From an uncultured Clostridium sp. (GTDB lineage Bacteria > Bacillota > Clostridia > TANB77 > CAG-508), in the NCBI GenBank assembly GCA_905213875.1, contig CAJMJN010000001.1:59940-123939 (forward strand): DNA of 64,000 nt, given 5' to 3'. Below are positions 38,954-49,982 of this stretch, one piece after another. The notes below the pieces were generated by a model that searched no databases, had not been told where the DNA came from, and saw nothing but the letters and a program-made list of their open reading frames with translations. Position 1 is the stretch's first letter; each line of letters begins with the position of its first letter. The position numbers were made by a program, and so were the translations under genes.

Positions 38954-40162
38954 TCATTTTATGAACTTTTTGAACATATCATAAGCCTTATCCAAACCAT
39001 GCACAAGTTTATCTATATCTTCTTTTGTATTATAAAAATACAAACTAGCTCTACAAGTTGAATCTATTCCTAAAGACCTCAATAATGGTTGTGCACAATG
39101 ATTTCCAGACCTTACATACACGTTTTCTGTATCTAATATTGAAGCTACATCATGTGGGTGCACACCTTTTATATTAAATGAAAATACTGAAGAATGATTT
39201 TCCTTGTTTGGTGTTAAATACAAGTCCAAATAATCTAATTTTGATAATTTTTCTCTTGCATATTCTGTTAGTTCTTTTTCCACTTCCGCAATTTTATCAT
39301 AACCAATTTCATTTATATAATCTATTGCTGCACCTAAACCTATTACACCTTCTACATTTTGTGTTCCTGCTTCAAATTTATTTGGTAATGGTGCAAATGT
39401 TGTTTTTTGTTCATACACGTATTCTATCATATCTCCACCCATTAAAAATGGCTTCATTTTTTGTAATAATTCTTTTTTTCCATATAATACGCCTATTCCT
39501 AAAGGTGCTAACATTTTATGTCCTGAAAATACTAAAAAGTCTGCATCTAAGTCTTGTACATCTATTTTCATATGTGGAATACTTTGTGATGCATCAACTA
39601 TTACTATTGCTCCTTTTTTATGTGCATATTTTATTATTTCTTTTACAGGATTTATAGTTCCTAAAACATTTGATATATGTGTAATTCCAACAATTTTGGT
39701 TTTGTCTGTAATTTTACTTTCAATTTCTTCTTTTGATATTTCAAAATTATCATTTATATACATATATTTTAATGTACTTCCTGTTTTGTTAGTTACATAT
39801 TGCCAAGGAACCAAATTAGAATGATGTTCCATTATTGAGATTACAACTTCATCTTCTTTTTCTAGGTTATCTAATCCATATGAATATGCTAATAAATTTA
39901 AGCTTTCAGTTGCATTTTTAGAAAATATTATTTCTTCTGGATAACGTGCATTTATAAATTTTGCTATTTTCCCTCTTGTACTTTCATATGCTTCTGTTGC
40001 CTCTATACTTAAGCTGTATGCACCTCTGTGTGGATTAGCATTTTCATGTTCATAAAAACTTTCAACTGCATCTAATACTTTTTGTGGTTTTTGTGTTGTT
40101 GCTCCACTGTCTAAATAAGCCATATCTCTATTTTTTAAAATTGGAAAATCTTCTTTTCTCAT
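38954..40162 (-). CDS. sufS: Cysteine desulfurase SufS (class V aminotransferase)
   Basis: PLP-lysine region VFSGHKMLAPLGIGVL and active-site cysteine region RSGNHCAQP. Confidence 0.8.
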   Translation of the reverse strand: MRKEDFPILKNRDMAYLDSGATTQKPQKVLDAVESFYEHENANPHRGAYSLSIEATEAYESTRGKIAKFINARYPEEIIFSKNATESLNLLAYSYGLDNLEKEDEVVISIMEHHSNLVPWQYVTNKTGSTLKYMYINDNFEISKEEIESKITDKTKIVGITHISNVLGTINPVKEIIKYAHKKGAIVIVDASQSIPHMKIDVQDLDADFLVFSGHKMLAPLGIGVLYGKKELLQKMKPFLMGGDMIEYVYEQKTTFAPLPNKFEAGTQNVEGVIGLGAAIDYINEIGYDKIAEVEKELTEYAREKLSKLDYLDLYLTPNKENHSSVFSFNIKGVHPHDVASILDTENVYVRSGNHCAQPLLRSLGIDSTCRASLYFYNTKEDIDKLVHGLDKAYDMFKKFIK

Positions 40163-41208
40163 TAATCTAATCTCCTATCTATTTCTTCTATAACTTCTTG
40201 CTTTAGTTTTTCGTCATTTACTTTTTCTATTAAATCATAAAATTTTGCTTTTACTATTAATTTTATAGCCTCATTTCTACTAAGACCTCTACTCATAATG
40301 TAAAATAATTCTTTTTCATCTGCTTTACCTGAAGATGTACTATGTTCTCCATCAACATCTTCTTCTGTACATAATAACATTGGTAAAGCAAGTGATTTAG
40401 CTTTATCTGATAATAACATACAAGCTTCGTTTTCGGTTCCTTTAGCTTTTTTTGAACCTTTTTTGAAATCAATTGTTCCTTTAAAATTTTTCTTACTTTC
40501 GTCTTTTAAGGCTCCTTGTAATTCCATATTCATTTTAGTTTTTGGCCCTCTTAATTCAGCTATATAATTAATATCTTTTACTTGGTCTTTAGCTCCTAAA
40601 TATACTGTATTTATTTCGTTTTCTGCTTTTTCTCCAATTAAATTTGAATAATAATTTGTAACACTATATTTTCCGCCAAAATCCATTACTGTATAATGCA
40701 CATTTGCACTATTTTTTATTTCATTTTCTACAGCTTCTAAATGGGTACTAGCTATATTTAAGAAATTTACAATTGTCACATTTACATTTGCATTATCATT
40801 TGCTATTACTTTTATTTTTCCATTATGATAACATTCTTTTTCTGTATTTGTTCTATATTCAATTATAATATTTGCATCTTCTTTTAAATTAAATTCTATA
40901 TTATTTATTAAATATTTATTTTGTTCGTCAAATGTATATATAATTTTAATATTTTCTTTTTTATCTGTTTTTATACTAATTTTACTATTTGTTAATTTTG
41001 TAATTTCCGCTTCTTGTTCTTCACCAATTCCATAAGTAAATGGTAGGTTTTCCACAGTTTCCTCACAATTTGTGGATTGTGTAGTAATTTGCACATTTTT
41101 AAATTCATTTATTTTTTCTGGAATTTCTGGAGCATTTATTGTAATATTATTTATTTTAAAATTTCTTGATGTTCGTATTGGTGTTTCATTTATTTTTATT
41201 GTATTCAT
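40162..41208 (-). CDS. sufD: Fe-S cluster assembly protein SufD
   Basis: SufB/SufD family C-terminal beta-helix. Position is between sufB and sufS. Confidence 0.75.
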   Translation of the reverse strand: MNTIKINETPIRTSRNFKINNITINAPEIPEKINEFKNVQITTQSTNCEETVENLPFTYGIGEEQEAEITKLTNSKISIKTDKKENIKIIYTFDEQNKYLINNIEFNLKEDANIIIEYRTNTEKECYHNGKIKVIANDNANVNVTIVNFLNIASTHLEAVENEIKNSANVHYTVMDFGGKYSVTNYYSNLIGEKAENEINTVYLGAKDQVKDINYIAELRGPKTKMNMELQGALKDESKKNFKGTIDFKKGSKKAKGTENEACMLLSDKAKSLALPMLLCTEEDVDGEHSTSSGKADEKELFYIMSRGLSRNEAIKLIVKAKFYDLIEKVNDEKLKQEVIEEIDRRLD

Positions 41209-42608
41209 TATCCTATGCTCCCTTCTAATTCTAGATTTATTAAGTTATTCATTTCTACTGCATATTCTACAGGTAATTCTTTTGATATTGGATATGCAAA
41301 TCCTCTTACTATCATTGCTTTTGCGTCTTCTTCTGATAATCCTCTTGACATTAAATAAAATATTTCTTTGTCACTTATTTTTCCTATTTTAGCCTCATGT
41401 GAAAATTCAACTTCGTCTGTTTTTATGTCATTTACTGGTATTGTATCTGACCTTGATATATCGTCTAACATTAACGATTCACAGCTTACACTACATTTTG
41501 AATTTTTTGCATTTTCATTTATACGTACTAAAGCTCTATATGTACAAGCTCCTCCATCTTTTGAAATTGATTTTGAATTTACAACTGATGATGTGTTTGG
41601 TGCATTATGAATTACTTTGAAACCTGTATCTAAGTTTTGATTTCCTCCTGCAAATGTTATTCCAGTGTATTCTGTTTTAGCTCCTTCTCCATTTAATATG
41701 CTCATTGGATATAACATTGATACTTTTGAACCAAATGAACCTGTAACCCAATCAACTTGACCATTTTTTCCTACTATAGCTTTTTTTGTATTTAAGTTCA
41801 TCATGTTTTTAGACCAGTTTTCTATTGTTGAATATCTTAAATATGCGTCATCTCCAACATATAGTTCAACACATCCTGCATGTAAGTTTACTTTATTATA
41901 TTTTGGTGCTGAACATCCTTCTATAAAGTGAAGTTTTGCTCCTTTTTCTACTATAATCATTGTATGTTCAAATTGACCAGATTCTGGTGAATTTAGTCTA
42001 AAATATGATTGTAATGGAATTCCTACATCTACCCCTTCTGGAACATATACAAATGAGCCTCCTGACCATACAGCTGCATGTAATGCAACAAATTTATGGT
42101 CTGTTATTGGAACACATTTCATAAAATGTTTTTTCACTATTTCTGGGTATTCTCTTACAGCTGTTTCCATATCTGTGTATATTACGCCTTTTTTCTTTAA
42201 GTCTTCTTTCATACTATGGTAAACAACTTCTGAATCATATTGTGCACCAACACCTGCTAAAGATTTCTTTTCAGCTTCTGGAATTCCTAGTTTGTCAAAT
42301 GTATCTTTTATTTCTTCTGGTACATCTTCCCAATTATGATTCAATTTTGTTTTTGGTCTTACATATGTTGCAATTTCCTCCATATTTAATTCTGATAAAT
42401 CTGGTCCCCAAGTTGGTAATTCTAATTTCTCATATGCTTCTAATGCTTTTAGTCTAATTTCTCTCATCCAATCTGGATCATTTTTTTGTTTTGATATTTC
42501 CTCTACTATTTCTCTATTTAATCCTTTTTCCATTTTGAAGTCATAGTCATCTTTGTTTTTTATATCATATATATTTCTGTTGACATCTTCTATTTGAGTT
42601 TTTGCCAT
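41208..42608 (-). CDS. sufB: Fe-S cluster assembly protein SufB
   Basis: 466-aa SufB with conserved motifs (FVYVPEGV, GAKTEYTGITFAGG). Confidence 0.85.
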   Translation of the reverse strand: MAKTQIEDVNRNIYDIKNKDDYDFKMEKGLNREIVEEISKQKNDPDWMREIRLKALEAYEKLELPTWGPDLSELNMEEIATYVRPKTKLNHNWEDVPEEIKDTFDKLGIPEAEKKSLAGVGAQYDSEVVYHSMKEDLKKKGVIYTDMETAVREYPEIVKKHFMKCVPITDHKFVALHAAVWSGGSFVYVPEGVDVGIPLQSYFRLNSPESGQFEHTMIIVEKGAKLHFIEGCSAPKYNKVNLHAGCVELYVGDDAYLRYSTIENWSKNMMNLNTKKAIVGKNGQVDWVTGSFGSKVSMLYPMSILNGEGAKTEYTGITFAGGNQNLDTGFKVIHNAPNTSSVVNSKSISKDGGACTYRALVRINENAKNSKCSVSCESLMLDDISRSDTIPVNDIKTDEVEFSHEAKIGKISDKEIFYLMSRGLSEEDAKAMIVRGFAYPISKELPVEYAVEMNNLINLELEGSIG

Positions 42609-42725
42609 TATATATAAACTCCTTGTTTAACATATTTAGGTTTTGTCTGGTTCCTATAAACCATTTACTAATTTTGCTATTGCCATAATTTTTTCTGTTA
42701 TTTTTTTACATTATTATATTTTTTA

Positions 42726-43481
42726 TTATCCTAATTTTTTATATTTTTCATATCCGTTTTCTTCGATTTCTTTTGCTAGGCTTGCATCACCTGTTTTAAC
42801 GATTTTTCCATTTACTAAAATGTGCACATAATCTACTTTTAAATTCTCTAAAATACGTGTATTATGTGTGATTATCATTACTGAATTTTCTTCGTTATGA
42901 TACATTTGTATTCCTTTTGATACAGTTCTTATTGCATCTACATCAAGCCCTGAGTCTGTTTCGTCTAATATTGCAAGTTTTGGCTTTAATACAAGCATTT
43001 GTAAAATCTCATTTTTCTTTTTTTCTCCACCAGAAAATCCTACATTTAAGTTTCTTTGTATCAAATGTGGGTTCATGTTTAATTCTTCTACATCTTTTTC
43101 TATTTCTTTTTTTAATTCAAAAACTTTTACTGGTTTTCCTGTTATTTTATTTTTTGCATATTTTAAGAAATTCATTGTTGAAATTCCTGGTATTTCTTCT
43201 GGTGATTGAAATGACATAAATACACCTTTTTGTGCAATTTCATGTGTTGGTGTTTTGGTTATATCTTCACCTTCAAATTCAACATTTCCCTCTATTTTTT
43301 TGTATTCTGGATTGTTTAATATAACATTTGCAAGTGTTGATTTTCCAGCTCCATTAGGTCCCATTATAACATGTGTTTCACCTTTTTTTATTTCTAAGTT
43401 TAGTCCTTTTAATATCTCTTTTTCTCCTGCATTTACATATAAATCATTTATTTTTAATAATGTTTCCATTTTAAAATTCAT
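42726..43481 (-). CDS. sufC: Fe-S cluster assembly ATPase SufC
   Basis: Walker A GPNGAGKST, ABC signature FSGGEKKK and Walker B ILDE. Confidence 0.85.
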   Translation of the reverse strand: MNFKMETLLKINDLYVNAGEKEILKGLNLEIKKGETHVIMGPNGAGKSTLANVILNNPEYKKIEGNVEFEGEDITKTPTHEIAQKGVFMSFQSPEEIPGISTMNFLKYAKNKITGKPVKVFELKKEIEKDVEELNMNPHLIQRNLNVGFSGGEKKKNEILQMLVLKPKLAILDETDSGLDVDAIRTVSKGIQMYHNEENSVMIITHNTRILENLKVDYVHILVNGKIVKTGDASLAKEIEENGYEKYKKLG

Positions 43482-43537
43482 TCCTTTCTTGCTTTTTATA
43501 AAGACCTCTATAATAATAAAATTTTATTTACTTTTAT

Positions 43538-43945
43538 CTATTGTTCTTTTTTTATAAAATCTGCTAAAGTAATACTATCTATATAATCATTAATTACTTT
43601 GTCTAGTCCTTCCCAGAAAAATAGTGTTTTACAGTCTCCTTTTTTATTACATTCGCCATCTTCTGATAAGCACATTATTGGTGCTAAATCTCCTTCTGAT
43701 GCTCGTAATATATCTCCTATTGTATATTGTTCTGGTTTTCTTGCTAATTTATATCCTCCATTATTTCCTCTGGCAGTTTTTAAATCTCCTGCTTTGTTTA
43801 ATAATGCTACTATTTGTTCTGCATATTTGATAGATATTCCTTGTCTTTTGGATATATCTTTTAAGGAAATAAAGTTTCCACCATTGTTTTCTGCAAGGTC
43901 TATCATTACTCTTAATGCATATCTTCCTTTTGTGGATATTTTCAT
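43538..43945 (-). CDS. Rrf2 family transcriptional regulator (IscR/CymR-like), upstream of the suf operon
   Basis: MKISTKGRYALRVMIDLA helix-turn-helix and three cysteines in the C-terminal half. Confidence 0.8.
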   Translation of the reverse strand: MKISTKGRYALRVMIDLAENNGGNFISLKDISKRQGISIKYAEQIVALLNKAGDLKTARGNNGGYKLARKPEQYTIGDILRASEGDLAPIMCLSEDGECNKKGDCKTLFFWEGLDKVINDYIDSITLADFIKKEQ

Positions 43946-44212
43946 AATAAATCCCCTTTCCTGTAATGAACACATTTTAGTTTAATAAGATTATTCTTTT
44001 CTAACTTTCTACACTAGTTCATTTTTAAAGCGTTTATATTATACTACTATTTTAGTAGGAATTCAATATATTTACATAAAAATATTAAATTACACATGCA
44101 TGTTTTTTAATGTCAATATTATTTTTCAATTTTTTTAATTAATAACATATATAAAAAATAAAAACTTGATAATTATAGCTAGTTTATAGCTTATATTATC
44201 AAGTCTTTATCT

Positions 44213-44884
44213 TTATATATGTTTTTTTACTTCATTATATATTTCTTGGTGTATGTCCTCAATTGTCCTTATTTCATTATTTTTTACACATTTTATTTCA
44301 TACCAATTATATTTTTTAGAAACGTCGCAAGCTGCTTCATATGCATCTTTTAAATGATTTATATCTCTTTCGTGTATATCTTTTTTCTCTTGGTGTGTGA
44401 ATTTATTTTCTCTATTCTTCATAAGTTCTATTGATTTTTCTACTGGCATATTCAAAAAAAATACTTCATTTGGTACTGGCAATCCATATAAGTTAAATTC
44501 AAAATCCCATAACCAATTTAAAAATTTTTCTCTTTCTTTTTCGTCTTTTATTTTTCCTGCTTGGTGAACCATATTAGCAGTTGTATATCTATCTGCTAGT
44601 ATTATTCCTCCATCTTCATAATATTTTTTATATCCTTTTTGGAATGTTGCATATCTATCTGCTGCATAAAATGTTGATGCAATATATGGGCTTATTTCTT
44701 TTGCATTTTCTCCAAATTCTCCAGATAAATACATTTTTACTAATGATGAACTTGGACTATCATAATTTGGAAAGCTTACTACTTTATAATCTATTCCATC
44801 CTTTGTTAAACTTTCTTGTAATTTTTGAAATTGTGTTTGTTTCCCACTTCCGTCTGTTCCATCTATAACAAATAATTTTCCCAT
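44213..44884 (-). CDS. Thymidylate kinase-like nucleoside/nucleotide kinase
   Basis: P-loop FVIDGTDGSGKQTQ. ATG at 44884 is preceded by AAAGGAGA. Confidence 0.65.
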   Translation of the reverse strand: MGKLFVIDGTDGSGKQTQFQKLQESLTKDGIDYKVVSFPNYDSPSSSLVKMYLSGEFGENAKEISPYIASTFYAADRYATFQKGYKKYYEDGGIILADRYTTANMVHQAGKIKDEKEREKFLNWLWDFEFNLYGLPVPNEVFFLNMPVEKSIELMKNRENKFTHQEKKDIHERDINHLKDAYEAACDVSKKYNWYEIKCVKNNEIRTIEDIHQEIYNEVKKHI

Positions 44885-44949
44885 CTCTATATTTCTCCTT
44901 TTCAAAGTACTATTTTTAGTAAACTATCAAGATATATGTACTTTGTTTC

Positions 44950-45090
44950 TTAGTTTCTTTCTTCTTTTTTTACTTCAGTTTCTTCATTAGTTTCTTCTGA
45001 ATTTTTTCTATTTTTTTCTAACATCTTATTTATTGAATTTAATATGTCATCTGCATTTTCGTCAAAATCATCTCTCATTAAATTTAGCAT
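44950..45090 (-). CDS. Small acidic protein of 46 aa (MLNLMRDDFDENADDILNSINKMLEKNRKNSEETNEETEVKKEERN)
   Basis: AGGAGGAAG ribosome-binding site 7 nt before the ATG. Shorter than the ORF-track cutoff. Confidence 0.35.
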   Translation of the reverse strand: MLNLMRDDFDENADDILNSINKMLEKNRKNSEETNEETEVKKEERN

Positions 45091-45337
45091 TTTACTTCCT
45101 CCTTATTTTAATATAAAACTTTTTTTCTCTAATAAATATATAACATTTTTATTTAATTATCAATATGATTTTTTGTAATTTTATATAAAAAATATTTATG
45201 CAAAATCTAAGAAACAAACTATTCTCTTTTTAGTAACTTTTATTAATATCTAGACTTTTTATGTTTTTTATTATAGACTTATGTGTATATAAATTTAGAA
45301 AGGGAGCAATATTTAATATTGCTTATGTGAATATATT

Positions 45338-46543
45338 ATGAAAGATTCTTTTAAAAATTGTGCAATGACACCTTTTAATTCTAAATGGGAAAATGTTATT
45401 TCTAGATTATCTCCTTTAGAAAAACGCTATGATGATATAAGAACTGAATTTGATCGTGACTATACTCGTATTATTCATTCAAATGCTTATAGAAGATTAA
45501 AGCATAAAACTCAAGTATTTTTTTCTCCTGAAAATGATCATATTTGTACAAGGATAGAACATGTTACTCATGTTGATTCTATTAGTTATACTATTGCAAG
45601 TTATTTAGGATTAAATACTGAATTAACAAAAGCAATTGCTGTTGCTCATGATTTAGGACATAGTCCTTTTGGACATGAAGGAGAAAAAATTCTTTCCAAA
45701 ATTTCTCAAAGAGATTTAAAAACTTCTTTTTGGCATGAGAAAAATGGGGTACACCTTGTTGATTCAATAGAACTTTTAGAAGGTCATGATGGATATAAGA
45801 AAAATTTAAATCTATGTTATGGAGTTCGTGATGGAATAATTTCTCATTGTGGTGAAATTGATGAAAACTCTTTAAAACCACGTGATAAATTTATAGATTT
45901 AAACGACTATATTCATCCTAATCAATATTCACCATATACTTGGGAAGGTTGTGTTGTAAAAATTGCAGATAAAATTTCTTATATTGGTAGAGATATAGAA
46001 GATGCAATATCTTTGGGGATTTTAGATAATCATTTAGATGAGCTTTATGATGTTTTAAATTATAATTCATCTGAAAGTCTAAATAATAGTACTATTATAA
46101 ACTATCTTGTTTGTGATTTGTGTAAGAATTCGTCTCCTGATAATGGCTTATGTTTTTCAGATGATGCATTTAATTTACTAAATAAAGTTAAAGATTTTAA
46201 TTATAAACATATATATTTTAGTAATAAAATTCGTAATTCTGTTCCATATTTCGAATTAGTTATTAATAAAATTTATGATATACTTTATGATTGTTTTGAC
46301 GAAAAATCTACTTTACAAAATTTATATAATTTAAAACACTCTTATCCTAAACTTATAACTAGTTTCTACAATTTTATAGAAAATTATTGTAGTTTTGCTG
46401 ATAGAAATAAATTAAAATTAAACAATACTATTGTTTTTGATATTTCTAAAAAAGACGATTTCTGTAAAGCTCTATTGTCTTATATTTCTGGTATGACTGA
46501 TAATTTTGCAATAGACATTTATAATGAAATAATTAGATTTTAG
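45338..46543 (+). CDS. dGTP triphosphohydrolase-like HD-domain protein
   Basis: FDRDYTRIIHSNAYRRLKHKTQVF and HD motif AHDLGHSPFGH. Confidence 0.75.
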   Translation: MKDSFKNCAMTPFNSKWENVISRLSPLEKRYDDIRTEFDRDYTRIIHSNAYRRLKHKTQVFFSPENDHICTRIEHVTHVDSISYTIASYLGLNTELTKAIAVAHDLGHSPFGHEGEKILSKISQRDLKTSFWHEKNGVHLVDSIELLEGHDGYKKNLNLCYGVRDGIISHCGEIDENSLKPRDKFIDLNDYIHPNQYSPYTWEGCVVKIADKISYIGRDIEDAISLGILDNHLDELYDVLNYNSSESLNNSTIINYLVCDLCKNSSPDNGLCFSDDAFNLLNKVKDFNYKHIYFSNKIRNSVPYFELVINKIYDILYDCFDEKSTLQNLYNLKHSYPKLITSFYNFIENYCSFADRNKLKLNNTIVFDISKKDDFCKALLSYISGMTDNFAIDIYNEIIRF

Positions 46544-46559
46544 TATTTATAAATTATAA

Positions 46560-46922
46560 TTACTGAAAAGCTTGTTTTATTTGTTTAATTTTATAATTAC
46601 TATTATTTATTAATATTTCTATAACATCATATCTACTTGGAATATCATATAATCCATACATATAATTATAATATGAAGCAACTGATTTAATATGTTTTTG
46701 TTTTATTTTTGAAACCGAATCTCTTGGTTCCCCATATTTTGAACCTGTTCTAGTTTTAACTTCTACAAAAACTATTTCTTCTGTTGTTTCATCATATACT
46801 ATTATATCTATCTCACCTTGTTTACATCTAAAATTTTTTTCTATTATTCTATATTTATTTTTTTGAAAATATTGTACCGCTATATTTTCTCCATCAACAC
46901 CTAATTCATGTTGTTTATACAT
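46560..46922 (-). CDS. yraN: YraN family protein (UPF0102, predicted endonuclease)
   Basis: ENIAVQYFQKNKYRIIEKNFRCKQGEIDIIVYD. 120 aa. Confidence 0.7.
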   Translation of the reverse strand: MYKQHELGVDGENIAVQYFQKNKYRIIEKNFRCKQGEIDIIVYDETTEEIVFVEVKTRTGSKYGEPRDSVSKIKQKHIKSVASYYNYMYGLYDIPSRYDVIEILINNSNYKIKQIKQAFQ

Positions 46923-47806
46923 ATATATCCTCCATTTCTTTTTTGTATATATTGATTTATTTCTAATATTAATAAGTTTTCATTTATTTTATTTATTGGC
47001 ATTTGTACTTTTTGACATATATCATTTATTGATACTATTTTCTCACTACCACTATTGTTCAAAATATTATAAATGCATTCTTGTTCTTTGTTTTCAAATT
47101 TTATTTTTGATTTAATTTTTTCATTTATCTTCGTTTCATATTCCTGTATTTCCTTATATTTTAGAAATTCAAATTCATCTATTATTTCTTTAGTTTTTGT
47201 TATTAATATAGCACCTTTTCTTATTAATCTATTTGTTCCTACTCCATGTTTGTCATTTATTTCATGTGGTATTACAAATACCTTTTTTCCCTGTTTTTGG
47301 GCAAGTGATGCTGTTACACTTGTTCCACTCCTGTGTCCTGCTTCAACTACTAATACTCCTATTGATAAGCCACTTACAATCCTATTTCGTTCCAAAAATC
47401 TTGAAGAACATGGTTCAATATTAGGTTTATATTCGCTTATTATTAATCCTTTATTTTCTAATATTTCTTTATATAAATTTGTATTTTCTTTTGGAAATAT
47501 ATTATTTAATCCACTTCCTAATACTGCTATTGTTTTTCCTTTAGCCCTTAACGTTCCTTTATGAGCTTCACTATCAATTCCTTTTGCCATACCACTTATA
47601 ATGATTATTCCTTGGTTTGATAATTCAATTGCAAATTTTTGTGCTAATTTTTTACCATTTTCTGAACAATTTCTTGAACCTATTATTGCAATACAATTTT
47701 TATTTAATAATTCTATATTTCCTTCTACATATAACTGTTTTGGTGGATTATCTATTTTTAATAAACTTTTTGGATATTTTTTATCATTAATTGTTATTTT
47801 TTGCAT
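46901..47806 (-). CDS. dprA: DNA processing protein DprA/Smf
   Basis: AIIGSRNCSENGKKLAQKFAIELSNQGIIIISGMAKGIDSEAH Rossmann-like DprA core. Confidence 0.85.
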   Translation of the reverse strand: MQKITINDKKYPKSLLKIDNPPKQLYVEGNIELLNKNCIAIIGSRNCSENGKKLAQKFAIELSNQGIIIISGMAKGIDSEAHKGTLRAKGKTIAVLGSGLNNIFPKENTNLYKEILENKGLIISEYKPNIEPCSSRFLERNRIVSGLSIGVLVVEAGHRSGTSVTASLAQKQGKKVFVIPHEINDKHGVGTNRLIRKGAILITKTKEIIDEFEFLKYKEIQEYETKINEKIKSKIKFENKEQECIYNILNNSGSEKIVSINDICQKVQMPINKINENLLILEINQYIQKRNGGYICINNMN

Positions 47807-47811
47807 TTATT

Positions 47812-49354
47812 TTAACTCCAATATTTTCTGTCTAAATTTCTATATTGTATTGCTTCTGCTATATGACTTATTTCTATTTTTTCTTTTTCTTCTAAATCAG
47901 CTATGGTTCTAGCTATTTTTAAAATTTTATTATATCCTCTTGCACTAAGTCCTAAATTTTTAAAAGCCTTTTCTAATAATTCTTTACTTTTATCATCTAT
48001 TTTACAATATTTTTCTATTAAACTAGGAGTTAGCTCTGCATTTGAATAAATTTTATATTTTTTGTATCTTTCTATTTGCCTGTTTCTTGCTTTATTCACT
48101 CTTCCCCTTATCTCATCTGATGTTTCTAATTTTACTTGGTTTTCTAATTGAGTGTATTCCACATTTTCTACTTCTATATGTAAATCAATTCTGTCTAAAA
48201 GTGGACCACTAATTTTGCTTATATATTTCTTTATTTGTTCCGGTTTACATGTACATTTTTTCACATTTGATCCATAATAGCCACATGGACATGGATTCAT
48301 ACTGGCTATAAAAATAAAATTACATGGATATGTTATTACTGAATTTGTTCTACTGATAGTGACTTGTTTATCTTCCAATGGTCCTCTTAATGTTTCTAAT
48401 ACATTTTTGTCAAATTCTGTTAATTCATCTAAAAATAGAACACCATAATGGGCTAAACTTATTTCTCCGTGGTTTTGGTATTCTTCCTCCTCCAATTAAG
48501 GATGCAATAGTTATGTTATGATGTGGACTTCTAAATGGCCTTTGCTGTATTAATGGATTTTCTTGATTTGCTAGTCCTGAAATACTATATATTTTTGTTG
48601 TTTCTAATGATTCTTCAAAGTTCATATCAGGAAGTATTGAAGGTAATCTTTTAGCTAACATTGTTTTTCCTACCCCAGGGCTTCCTATTAAACAGCAGTT
48701 ATGTCCTCCTGCTGCTACGATTTCCAAAGCTCTTTTTACACTTTCTTGTCCTTTAACTTCTGAAAAATCAACTTCATATTTATTTTCAGTTTTTACATCT
48801 ATTTTTCTTTTTTCTACTTCTTTTAATTTTTGGTTTCCATTTAAATATTCAATTAGTTCATTTAAATATTCTACTGGTAATATTTGTATTCCATCTATTA
48901 TAGATGCTTCTTTTATATTTTCTTTTGGAAGTATAATTCTTTTTATTCCTAGTCTTTTAGCTTCTATAACTATTGCTAAAATTCCATTTACTTTTTCGAT
49001 TTTTCCATTTAATGATAATTCCCCAATAAAAGCTGTTTCTTTTAAAAATTTATTTAAATCTTTATTTTTGATTTCCTTATTAGAAATTAAAACTCCAATT
49101 GCTATTGGTAAATCAAATTTTGATCCTTCTTTTCTTGTATTTGCAGGTGCTAAATTTATAATAATTTTTTTACTATTTAAATGTATTCCTGTATTTTTTA
49201 TTGCCGTTTTTACTCTTTCTTTTGATTCTTTTACACTCATATCTGGTAAACCAACAATTTCAAAATATGGTAATCCATCTGATATATCTACTTGAATAGA
49301 AACTAGATATCCGTCTAAACCATTTAGTGCTATGCTTTGTACTATTGATAACAT
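47812..49354 (-). pseudogene. comM: YifB/ComM family Mg-chelatase-like AAA+ ATPase split by a +1 frameshift (an extra C near 48470) into 309-aa and 227-aa reading frames
   Basis: The N-terminal ORF ends ...LIGGGRIPKP and the C-terminal ORF continues ...GEISLAHYGVLFLDE. Deleting one C from CCAAAACCACGGAGAA fuses them into a canonical YifB. Confidence 0.7.
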
Positions 49355-49368
49355 TTTTTCCTTTCTTA

Positions 49369-49534
49369 CATGTTTAGATTTCTGAGGCCACTATATGTTA
49401 TTATCTAAAATGGGGATTTAGAGAAATTATACGATTAAAATCGGGGGATAGTAATTTTAAGATCTTTGATTTAAACAATTACATGTTTACTTAATAATAG
49501 GGGTACATATAATGACCTCAGAAATCTAAACACA
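49369..49534. repeat. Inverted-repeat element: two arms of about 30 bp (27 of 30 complementary) separated by about 106 bp
   Basis: CATGTTTAGATTTCTGAGGCCACTATATGT ... ACATATAATGACCTCAGAAATCTAAACACAT. Confidence 0.4.
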
Positions 49535-49779
49535 TATATAATTTTTATTTTGGATTTTGTTTCGATTAAAATTCGAATGACTAAATAAATTTGATTTAAA
49601 TTTTGTTTATCATACTCTCGTTTTTTTATTTTGTCAATATCTTTTTAAAAAATATTTACAATTTTTTCAATTTTTTGTAATTTTTTAACTTTTTTTGCAT
49701 TATTCAGATTTTTCGACATTTTTTTCACTTTTTATTTGTTATACTTTTCCTATTAAATCAATAAAAAGGGGGGTTCTTT

Positions 49780-49914
49780 ATGGAGAAACTAATAGGAAAA
49801 GTTACAGTTTCTGTATTCAAAAATGAAGATGGCACTACTTCTTTTATTGTTTCATCAGATGAAGAAGTATTACCTGTTTCGTACGTTATTGAAGACATTT
49901 TAAAATTATATTAA
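49780..49914 (+). CDS. Small protein of 44 aa (MEKLIGKVTVSVFKNEDGTTSFIVSSDEEVLPVSYVIEDILKLY)
   Basis: AAAAGGGGGG ribosome-binding site before the ATG. Shorter than the ORF-track cutoff. Confidence 0.4.
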   Translation: MEKLIGKVTVSVFKNEDGTTSFIVSSDEEVLPVSYVIEDILKLY

Positions 49915-49982
49915 AACAAATTTAAAGTGAACTAAGATTATTAATTCTAACCGTTTTTGTTCACTTTATTTTTCTAATATTT

